Source: Bugula neritina (taxonomy: Eukaryota > Animalia > Bryozoa). From it: a stretch of DNA of 64,000 bases. Below the pieces are notes generated by a model. The model worked only from the letters and a program-made list of their open reading frames with translations, made no database searches and was not told the origin of the DNA. A program made the position numbers and the translations under genes. Positions 14,743 to 26,328 of this stretch are shown one piece after another. Every line of letters starts with the position of its first letter. Within the stretch, counting starts at the first letter, position 1. The DNA is taken from NCBI GenBank assembly GCA_964035545.1, contig OZ037772.1:2232001-2296000 (forward strand), read 5' to 3'.

Positions 14743-17428
14743 CCTATACTTTATAGTTTTCTGTTATTCTAGACACGACGTGTCCCATGCCTGATTCTTA
14801 CTCCCCGTCCTATGTGGAAGCTGCCTGGTACTCTTGGTGGGAGAAGGAAGGATTCTTCAAACCTGAGTATAATCTCAAAGGTACACTTCTCATCATAGTA
14901 AAGTCTATAATGTGTGATTGGTTACTTCTAACACGTAGAGGTGTGATTTGTTACTCTGTTGTAACAGGTACTGTGATTGGTTGCTTTTTACCTTGTAACC
15001 GAGAGAGATGGGATTGGTTGCTTTGTAACAGGTAGAGATGTGCTGAAACTCACACCTGAAGAGAAGTTTATCATCATGATCCCTCCCCCTAATGTGACCG
15101 GGACTCTTCACCTAGGACACGCCCTCACGGGGGCAGTTGAGGATGCGATAGTTCGGTGGTGAGATGTTCATTCATATAGATGAGACAACTCCGTACTTAC
15201 CTAGTCACTAAACTGGTGGTGTATGTAGCTTATAGCATGTAACAGTAGACACCATTCCTCTGGTGGTGACTACATGGCATTTCGGCATCTTGCCAACTCA
15301 CTTTGAGATATTCCACAGACAGGCTATGAACATCTCCCTGTTGATTCTTTTTTGAATGCTGAGAAAATTTGTGTTAAGTACCGGTTGGCGTAAGTCATTC
15401 ATTTATTATATTGATGTTGTTTCAACCACAGATATTTCTCTCAGCACCTTTCCAGAATATCTGCAGGTGTCTGATATGCTTGCGTTGTCAAGTGTCTGCA
15501 GGTGTCAGTTCTGTTGTATTGTCAGGCACCGGATGAATGGGAAGGTGACACTGTTTGTACCCGGATGTGACTAGCAGGAATAGCCACTCAAGTTGTCGTC
15601 GAGAAAAAACGCACTAGAGAAGAGAATAAAACTGCATTTCACAGCGACTTAGTATTCGGGTTTGAGTTTTTATTTTATCTTATTGGTGTGCAGTTGCTAC
15701 AGTTTGATATAAGACAATATAATAGCGTTAATATGATAAAATTCTTATATATAATTGAATATACAAAAAGTTAAATATAGGTTTACTTTATCACACTCTA
15801 TCATTGGACTCATTATTTAAGTTGCTAATATAACTAAGTTTTGCAGCACAATGATTGGTCAGTGTTATTATATAATTTCTATGAAAAAGGAGACAGAATC
15901 TACCATCAGTTGAGGAAAGTGGGCGGGTCTTATGACTGGGACAGAACTACGTTCACTATGGATGAGGTGAGGAGTTATCCTCTCTATACATGTATTATGT
16001 TTGAGTAGTGGAGTCTATATGCCGTGTCGACTGTTTACTGACTCAGTGTGTTATCCTCTCTATGATTGGTTAATCATGAGGCCAGGTCTCCAATCAGCTC
16101 ACACTTGACACATGACTCATATATACTTGTTTATTAGAAATCTTTAAAAGCGGTGAACGAAGCGTTTATCAGAATGCACGAGAAAGGTGTGATCTACAGA
16201 GCTAACCGACTGGTCAACTGGTCCTGTACTCTCAACTCTGCCATCTCTGATATTGAGGTATACCGTACAGTATAAGTCTGACTCCCGGCTGTGTGTACGT
16301 CAACTGGTTATTCACTGCGAGACTTGTGTGTTGGTGGTAACTAACCTAATAGTAGTATCCAGACACAGCCTGATATATTACATTATGACTATCTTCGAAT
16401 GAATACATCAATGAGACCACAGCCACATATTCATTCGTACGAGCATTCATATACATTATATGAACTAATAGAAAAGAATGAGAACGCAGTGACTCAGAAG
16501 CACACACTACAGTTTAACCTTTGACCTGTATAGTCTGAGAGAGTTGTATCACTGATTGCAGGTAAACAAAGTAGAGTTGACAGGAAGGACTATGCTCTCT
16601 GTGCCGGGCTACAAGGAGAAGGTGGAGTTCGGAGTTCTCCTTTCGTTTGCATATAAAGTAGAAGATTCTGACGAAGAGATCATTGTGGCCACAACTAGAT
16701 TAGAAACTATGTTGGGTTAGTAGACATCAATGTCACTAATAGCTTTGTTGCTTAGCAACGTAATAATAGCTGACTCTTGCTGCCAGTTGAAGTGACTCCA
16801 GTAGATCTCTCTAACTATTCTCACTTTCTCACTTAGGAGCAGTAGTGGAGAACTTGAGATAGCCTAAGTTCTTTAATTTTATTATTCCATTTTGGTTTAA
16901 GGTGCGGGTTGAAGTTTTCAAAGTCCGCTATTAGGTACGATCTATGACGCTACATTGGACATTTATATCCAATGAATAAACGCAAAAGTTTTTCTGTCCA
17001 ATAGGAGTCCGCCGCAACTTATTTGAATCAAGCAGTGCTTGATCCTACCGTACCGCAACACCGTACAGGAAGCTCAGACATTTGTAAAAATGGCTGATAT
17101 TTGCTGTTACGATACGATACGGTAAGCGTGAATAGGGAGGTTAGTGGTTAGTTAGCTTGATACTAACTTACTGGGAGTTGTGTACTCTGAGTATAGTGAC
17201 TGTGAAGTTGGATCTGGTAAACACTCAGTAAATATCAAAACTCAATACTGTGAGAGACTATAAAGTCTGGTTACTATTGTAGGTGACACTGCCGTGGCTG
17301 TCCACCCTGAAGACGGCCGATACAAACACTTACACGGGAAATTCGTGAGACATCCTTTTGCTGACAGGAGAATACCTATTGTGGCTGACAACTTTGTGGA
17401 GATGGAGTTTGGGACAGGTGCTCTGTTT

Positions 17429-18338
17429 CCTGTATATTCATAGCCTGTTGTCCTGTATATTCATAGCCTGTTGTCCTGTATATTCATAGCCCGTTGTCCT
17501 GTATAGTCATAGCCCGTTGTCCTGTATATTCATAGCCTGTTGTCCTGTATATTCATAGCCTGTTGTCCTGTATATTCATAGCCTGTTGTCCTGTATATTC
17601 ATAGCCTGTTGTCCTGTATATTCATAGCCTGTTATCCTGTATATTCATAGCCTGTTGTCCTGTATATTCATAGCCTGTTGTCCCGTATATTCATAGCCCG
17701 TTTTCCTGTATATCCATAGCCTGTTGTCCTGTATATTCATAGCCTGTTGTCCTGTATATTCATAGCCTGTTGTCCTGTATATTTATAGCCCGTTGTCCTG
17801 TATATTCATAGCCTGTTGTCCTGTATATTCATAGCCCGTTGTCCTGTATATTCATAGCCCGTTGTCCTGTATATTCATAGCCCGTTGTCCTGTATATTCG
17901 TAGCCTGTTGTCCTGTATATTCGTAGTCTGTTGTCCTGTATATTCATAGCCCGTTGTCCTGTATATTCATAGCCTGTTGTCCTGTATATTCATAGCCCGT
18001 TGTCCTGTATATTCATAGCCCGTTGTCCTGTATATTCATAGCCTGTTGTCCTGTATATTCGTAGCCTGTTGTCCTGTATATTCATAGCCCGTTGTCCTGT
18101 ATATTCATAGCCCGTTGTCCTGTATATTCATAGCCTGTTGTCCTGTATATTCGTAGCCTGTTGTCCTGTATATTCGTAGTCTGTTGTCCTGTATATTCAT
18201 AGCCTGTTGTCCTGTATATTCATAGCCTGTTGTCCTGTATATTCATAGTCTGTTGTCTTGTATATTCATAGCCTGTTGTCCTGTATATTCATAGCCTGTT
18301 GTCCTGTATATTCATAGCCTGTTGTCCTGTATATTCAT
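17429..18338. repeat. 23-bp minisatellite, about 40 copies (CCTGTATATTCATAGCCTGTTGT)
   Basis: Visible tandem array starting about 12 bp after a VARS donor site. Confidence 0.97.
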
Positions 18339-18556
18339 ATTTCAAAGCCTTTTGTGTGTAGGGACAAAATAATTTAACAGATCCGTGTGTTAAATTATAT
18401 AGTATTCTGCTATGGTAAGAATTCTACTATGTCATGAATTGAGGTGTCAGGTCCCTCAGCTTACTGAGATACGGAGGGAGAACTAAATTGGAGTCTATTT
18501 ATATAGCAACGAGTACTTTTTGGTGTGTGAATCTAGTATTCCGTGTTTTTGACAAA

Positions 18557-18691
18557 GAGGTGGCATAACTCCTAATTGTGTGACATATTTCTAAGTTGAT
18601 ATGGTTTTTCCTTGCATTATATAATATATAATGCAAGAAAAAACCATTTCAACTTAGAAAAATGTCACACAATCAGGAGTTGTGCTACCTC
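18557..18691. repeat. About 135-bp imperfect palindrome
   Basis: GAGGTGGCATAACTCCTAATTGTGTGACAT...CTTGCATTATAT pairs with ATATAATGCAAG...ATGTCACACAATCAGGAGTTGTGCTACCTC. Confidence 0.9.
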
Positions 18692-19349
18692 GAAGAAACA
18701 AGTAATTTTTACCTTTTTGCGTTTATGAAAAGAAACACAACTCCATGTTGTTACTCATAGGTGGTGTAACTCCCAATATTACTTATAGTTATTTACCAAA
18801 ATGAAGCAAGTCTTTCTTCTGTAATGCAACATGTTGAAGTTGTATGGCTTGAACTTGCCTTGCTCACTGCACTACAAGGTCTTATTTTCCTATTTTGGCT
18901 GTTTCACAATTAGTCAACTTAATATATCTGGTTCTTAGCTATTTTTCACAGTTTAGCTGCTAATGTGTATAGTTTCTTACATTAAAATGTTGAATTAGCA
19001 GCTCAACTGTGAACAATAGCTAAAAGCTAGAGGTATATGGCTCTGTCTGCTAAATTAAGTAAAATGACTCATAGCTGCAGATCTCAATGAAATAAAAGTT
19101 GTCCTCTCTTGTTCTCCTAAAGAATAGCTCCATTAACATATCCACTATATTTTACAAAGCTGTTGAGTTGAACTGTTACTATGTGTGTCTGTCTGGTAAC
19201 AATGACCTCCACACCGTGGTCTCTTGTGTTATAGTCGATCTAAAGATATCATTGAGCCGATACCCAAACCACAGTGGTATGTGGCGTGTGACGATATGGC
19301 AACCAAGGCTGTAGAGGTACTTGTATTTTATATTATTTATAATATATAT

Positions 19350-19910
19350 ATTATATTAGTACTGTGTATAGTATATATATTAGTACTGTATAGTATATAT
19401 ATTAGTACTGTATAGTATATATATTAGTACTGTATAGTATATATATTTGTACTGTATAGTATGTATATATTAGTATTGTATAGTATATAATATATTAGTA
19501 CTGTATAGTATATATATTAGTACTGTATAGTATATCTATAGCATAGTATATCTATAGCATAGTATATCTATAGCATAGTATATCTATAGCATAGTATATC
19601 TATAGCATATTATATCTATAGCATAGTATATCTATAGTATAGTATATCTATAGCATAGTATATCTATAATATAGTATATCTATAGCATAGTATATCTATA
19701 GCATAGTATGTATATTAGTACTGTATAGTATATAATATATTAGTACTGTATAGTATATCTATTAGTACTGTATAGTATATCTATAGCATAGTATGTCTAT
19801 AGCATAGTATATCTATAGTATAGTATAGCTATAGCATAGTATATCTATAGCATAGTATATCTATAGCATAGTATATCTATAGCATAGTATATCTATAGCA
19901 TAGTATGTAT
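19350..19910. repeat. Compound minisatellite (TATTAGTACTGTATAGTATATA-type units and 16-bp GCATAGTATATCTATA units)
   Basis: Fills almost the whole intron between VARS exons 19234-19316 and 19918-20079. Confidence 0.92.
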
Positions 19911-20196
19911 ACTGCAGATAGTAGAATCAGGCAAGCTAAAGATCATACCAGACTATCACACAGTCACTTGGTACAAATGCCTGAGGAACTCCAGGGACTG
20001 GTGTATCTCCAGACAGCTATGGTGGGGGCACAGAATACCAGCCTACTTTGTGCAGATCCAGGGGCAACCTAAGGCTGAGGTATGAGTCATTCTTCATTTT
20101 GTCTGGTGTTATTTACAGAAAGCAAGTGGGTTTAGCACAGACCTAATATTTACCACAGACTATGTTTATGTTGATAAACTATGAATTCCCTCTAAT

Positions 20197-20456
20197 GTGG
20201 CCATTTCTGAAGTGGGTGTGGCCCTTTCTGAAGTGGGTGTGGCCCTTTCTGTAGTAGGTGTGGCCTTTCTAGAGTGGGTGTGGCTCTTTCCGGAGTGGGT
20301 GTGGCCATTTCTGGAGTGGGTGTGACCCTTTCTGGAGTGGGTGTGGCCCTTTCTGGAGTGGGTGTGGCCCTTTCTTGAGTAGGTGTGGCCCTTTCTTGAG
20401 TGGGTGTGGCCCTTTCTGGAGTGGGTGTGGCCCTTTCGGGAGTGGGTGTGGCCCTT
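20197..20456. repeat. 21-bp G-rich minisatellite, about 12 copies (GCCCTTTCTGGAGTGGGTGTG)
   Basis: Visible tandem array; it explains the KGHTHSR-repeat ORF. Confidence 0.95.
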
Positions 20457-20954
20457 GCAGATTATTAATAAACTTACAGGACTGTTAGGCTTAAAATTAC
20501 AAAGGAAATAGCTTATGAAACTGAGTTTTAATATAGTCATTTGAACTCATTTTAAATTCTCCCATTTTTTTTTACCTTCTTCTGCATATAATTGAGTTTT
20601 CTTAATCATTGTACTGAAAGTCAAAGTTTTGGCATCTGAAAAGGTGGCTATCATGATTATTTAATACTTTGCTTAGTAATTATCAATAAGTTATCATTTT
20701 TATTAGCAGACAACATTGTAGCACGCAGTCTTTTTCTACTTCTCAGATCGATCTGGTGTCTTTCCATGGTCTTATTGACATGAGATCGATCTGAGTTCGA
20801 GCTCCACAGACCGACCAGCTCAGATCGACGGAGATCGATCTTTGGCGTCTTTCCATGGATCGATCTCGCTGAGATCGATCTGAGATCGGTACATGGAAAG
20901 TTGGTGATAGTCTGGTGACCTCTTGACCTCTATATATTTCACATTCACCGGCTA

Positions 20955-21107
20955 CTAATGCTAAGTTCAACTACTAATTATTACACTACTAGTACTACTA
21001 CTACTAGTACTCCCATTACTACTGCTACCGCTACTGCCACCACCACTACTTCTAGTAGTAGTAGTAGTACTAGTAGTGTAATAATTAGTAGTTGAACTTA
21101 GCATTAG
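20955..21107. repeat. Near-perfect inverted repeat, arms about 53 bp, spacer about 44 bp
   Basis: CTAATGCTAAGTTCAACTACTAATTATTACACTACTAGTACTAC... at 20955 has its reverse complement ending at 21107. Confidence 0.92.
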
Positions 21108-22821
21108 GCGTTAGTTAGTCTTAATATCAGTATTACAATTACTGAGAATGAAGATGAGACTGAATGGCACATTAGCTATTAGTGTCAGTAGGACTATAAG
21201 TTAACTATAACTATAACTTCACTAAAACATTAAGTCATCAACTAATAATCACAATGACTCAGTAAGTAAGTTTGAGACCGAGTCACTGGTATTAGTACTT
21301 CATTTTCAGTCACTGGAGTAACTGGTGGAAAACTTCCAGACACCAAGAAGAACCTAGTGAATGATGTCATCATGCGGTGACCTCAGCTCAGGCCAGACTC
21401 GTTGAGATGGAACTGCAGGGGAACCCGGACTGGTTTCCGTTACAAAGAAACTTCTAGTAACTCACTAACTATAAGTTGATATTCATGCTACATGTGATAC
21501 TAAGAGGAATAATATAATTTAATATTTCCTTCAAACACAAGTTTATATATATATAAAAGATCTCTCCACACTACTCATACTAGTTGATATGCTGAAGAAC
21601 AACGTAGTGTTTTGTTCAATTCAACTTATATAAGCCATTGAACTTCAGCAGCTCCAGTTGTTATGTGTATTGAGATATTTTGTGTAGTGAATGAATATTG
21701 ATGTACTGTATGTCATGTTATAACAGGTTGCTATATTGTGTGCTATAGCAGGTTTTTATAGTTGGCTATTCTCTTGTTAAAGTAGAGAACATTCATGTGA
21801 TGTAGAATCATGACTCTGATAGCTGGAATATAAACTGTATGTAGAGGAGATTAAGTATGGAGTCTGCACAATGTATTGATTTGGTAGAGGAGAATAATTT
21901 GATGATTAGTGAATAGGAGGAACAGATAAGAGGTTTCACTAGGATAATGTTACAGTTGAATAATATAGTTTGATAATTTCATTGAATAGTGAAGATGCTG
22001 CTAGTTGATTGGTTAAGTTTCTCATACAGATATCCCAGATGGCATATTGCAGAGATTTTGTACATTATGTTATTATATCGAAAGGACAACTCCATGCACA
22101 CACTTTAACTAGAGGACATGATGCATTTTGCAGCATGCAGATCAACTAGTGTGATGGTGCCATCGTGATGGCCAATCAGTGACTGTTAATAATTAGTAGT
22201 AGGCGGAGCTGAATACTTGTAGTGGGCCCTAGTCTATTTGACTAGCAGGCAGAGAGCACTTGGAATTGTTATTGTAAAGTCTTGTATATTCTCTCTCTTA
22301 TTATGGAACGTGTTTTTGATAGTTGTACAGTTTTATTAGTATCTTGAAATAAATAGAATAAAGTGTTAGCAATCACAAACCTGGTGAAATAGTTTTGCCT
22401 AAATAGACCCTATAATAACAAGTAAAGCATAAATTCACAATAATATTCCACCCCCACTTCTTGCATGAGGATAGTTTAATTAAGTGAACTTACATCAACA
22501 AACTCTACAGTAAAAAGGGTGAAGTTGGGTAATAAGATCAATACTCAACACATTAACTTTCAACAGAATAAATCAACTGTTAGATTTTTCACTTAGCTTT
22601 GATGTAACTAAATATTCTAGGTGCTAATCCTACACAGTAAACTCTGTGAACAGTTCATATTGGTTCATCAAGCTTACCTTCAAGTGAAAGTATATAATTG
22701 TGTCAAAATGTGAATTCCTTGCTTGACTTTTAATGCTATTTTCACATTTCATATGTATTATATTCATGTAAATCTCAACAAGTTAAATTAGTTGAATCTT
22801 GTAAGTTGTGCTGTTAGCAAG

Positions 22822-23325
22822 ACTATTGAGGCCAAACAAGGTAGTGTACCATCTATACTATTAGGGCCAAACAAAGTAGTATACCATCAATACTATTGAG
22901 GCCAAACAAGGTAGTCTACCACCAATACTATTGAGGCCAAACAAGGTAGTATACCATCAATACTATTGAGGCCAAACAAGGTAATGTATCATCTATAATA
23001 TTAAGGCCAGACAAGGTAGTGTACCATCAATACTAGTGAGGCTAAACAAGGTAATGTATCATCTATAATATTAAGGCCAGACAAGGTAGTGTACCATCAA
23101 TACTAGTGAGGCTAAACAAGGTAGTCTACCATCAATACTATTGAGGCCAAACAAGGTAATATCCCATCTATAATATTAAGGCCAGACAAGGTAGTGTACC
23201 ATCAATACTAGTGAGGCTAAACAAGGTAGTCTACCATCAATACTATTGAGGCCAAACAAGGTAGTATACTATCAATACTATTGAGGCCAAACAAGGTAGT
23301 GTACCATCAATACTATGGAGACCAA
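22822..23325. repeat. 35-bp minisatellite, about 14 copies (TACTATTGAGGCCAAACAAGGTAGTGTACCATCAA)
   Basis: Visible tandem array with recurring variant units. Confidence 0.95.
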
Positions 23326-24039
23326 ATGACAACAAGCTGTACTATTATATTCAAGATGAACTGGAACCTACTGAAAAAGTTTCTGTTAGTCATTACAACT
23401 TGTCTGTGCACACAAGGTATTTCTACCAGGTGAATGGGGAACATGTCATAATTAAACTGCAACCAATTGAACTAAACTCATCAAATTACACACAGTTTAC
23501 AAAACAGCTGTATCATAGACAGCTCATGTGTAGAGTAATACAGTGTTTATATCTAGTTGATTGCCTTATATATTATTTATCAGATTCCTGATTGCGTGAC
23601 AAGAAACAATTTGATTGGCTACTCAATGCTGTTGTACACAGCAATGGAATGTATATTATTATGAATGGTTGGAATAAATTTACTTAGTCATGTTGGAGGT
23701 ACTTGCACCTGCATGTCAATTCAGTGAATAAATTCTCTCACAAACAAGTCATTTACAGTTACTGCTCCAGTATAGATTATTTTTACTAACCAAACTCAAC
23801 TTGAACTAAAGCTAATGAGACATGAAAACAGACTATGTTTTCACTAACAAATAAACTTTATTAGATAGTAAAATAGCAACATATATTTGATACAGTAAAA
23901 CATCTCATATCTAACTATAAATACAGAGTGTGTGTATTGATGAATTGTAATGAATATAATTATGCTGATGACAAATATTATCCAATTCATCTCTCAGCAC
24001 CTCACTGAGCTGATTATTAGTAAACTGTAGCTGATAAGT

Positions 24040-24777
24040 TTAGTATTTTATTGTGTATCTCTTCAGACAATCTTGACATGCTAGAAACACTGTGTCTCTG
24101 TTATACACAGCAATGTCCCACACCACGCTATTCACACCAAGACTTTCTCTGGGAACAGTAAGCACCAGTTGACCTGTAAATAATAGCATCATATTGTATC
24201 AGTTGGTGTGTATTGAGAGAAACAGACAGACTGCCCTTAAAGATGGAACTAAGCAGGTTACATGCATGAAGTAAATATTCAAACAGCAGAAAATAGTGTC
24301 TCCTTATACAACTGTATTGACCTTGACCCACAAACTTAGCCTGTGGCTCTGAGCAGTGTGGTATATTAAGAGTGTTGACTTTAAACCATGAAAAATCATT
24401 ATGTCGCTAATGGTACCGCAAGTTTATATAAGTTATAAAGGAAAAATTTTGCCACTTTTGTGATTTTATTTTTTTTTTATTATGTGTCCATTTTTTTTTA
24501 GTTTTGTTTATTGGTAAATTTTTTAAACATATTTTCAATACATATAAAATTTAAAAAAAATTAAAACTCAATCATGCACGTAAATACAAAGCTATAAAGT
24601 TTAAGCTTCGCTGTGATTACAATGTGAATATGAATTGAATAATGCTTGCAATAACCATTTTACACAAAATACGTTACAGTTGCTATAAATGTAAGACTAG
24701 TAAATTGGATGCAAATAGGCACGGTAATACTATTTAATTTATGCTATTTTTGAAATTTGTAGTAAATATTTGGCATG

Positions 24778-24831
<54 letters not shown>

Positions 24832-26283
24832 AATATATTATATATTCTTATATTATATATTGTTATATTATATATATATTATATAAGTATAATAATATTA
24901 TATATAATATATATATACTATAATAAAATATTATATAATATAATAATATAATATATTATTATATTATATATTATATTATATATATATTATATATATATAT
25001 AATATCATATCAAATATATTATTATATTATATTATTTACAAAATATATATATATATTATAATAATATATTATATATTATTATATATTATATATTATATTA
25101 TACTATATATATATTATACAAGTATAATAATATTATATATAATATATATATATATATATTATAATAATATATTATATATTATTATATTATATATTATATT
25201 ATATATATTATATATATAATACCATATAAAATATATTATTATATTATATTTTTTACAAAATATATATATATTATAATAATATATTATATATTATTATATA
25301 TTATATATTATATTATTATATATATATTATACAAGTATAATAATATTATATATAATATATATATATTTTATAATATTATATATATATATTAGAATAATAT
25401 ATTATATATTATTATATTAAATATTATATTATATATATAATATATATATAATATCATATAAAATATATTATTATATTATATTATTTATAATATATATATA
25501 TATATATTATAATAATATATTATATATTATATATTATATTATATTATATATATATTATACAAGTATAATAATATTATATATAATATATATATATATTATA
25601 ATAATATATATATATATTTTAATAATATAATAAATATTAATATATTATATATTATATTATATATGATATATATATATATATATTATAATAATATATTATA
25701 CATTAATATATTATATATTATATATATATAATAATATCATATATAATATATATATATATATATATTATAATATTATATTATATTATATATATATTATATA
25801 TATAATAATATCATATATAATATATATAATATATTATTATATTATATATTATATTATATATAATAATATCATATATAATATATATATATATATTATAATA
25901 ATATATATATATATATATTATAATAATATATTATATATTATTATATATTATATTATATTATATATATATTATACAAGTATAATAATATTATATATAATAT
26001 ATATATATATATTATAATAATATATATATATATTTTAATAATATATTATATATTAATATATTATATATTATATTATATATATATTATATATATAATAATA
26101 TCATATATAATATATATAATATATTATTGTATTATATATTATATTATATATATAATAATATCATATATAATATATTATTATATTATATATTAAATTATAT
26201 ACATTATATATATATATATAATGATATTATATATAATCTATATATATATACATATAATAATATTATATATTATATATATATAA

Positions 26284-26328
<45 letters not shown>

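Larger units (their letters stand above)
13137..20079 (+). pseudogene. VARS1: Cytosolic valyl-tRNA synthetase remnant (N-terminal half). Exons 13137-13289, 13672-13744, 14773-14880, 15032-15158, 15526-~15633, ~15883-15966, 16138-16257, 16562-16715, 17283-17417, 19234-19316, 19918-20079
   Basis: ValRS motifs: [36 protein letters not shown] (HIGH), GCD(H)[69 protein letters not shown]. Defects: frameshift at about 15572, lost acceptor at about 15883, exons between FGTG and SRSKD absent, no KMSKS half seen. Confidence 0.92.

Noticed and set aside
7445-20079. Functional KIF14/VARS through stop-codon readthrough or an alternative genetic code
   Set aside because: Frameshifts and whole missing exons accompany the stops, and the TRIM gene reads normally in the standard code.
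21310-21460. Exon-like GC-richer segment after the VARS break
   Set aside because: It has an acceptor-like TTTTCAG, but the translation matched nothing I recognise and is not ValRS sequence.
12408-23325. 38-, 23- and 35-bp arrays as CRISPR arrays
   Set aside because: Units are head-to-tail with no unique spacers, there are no cas genes, and the context is eukaryotic.
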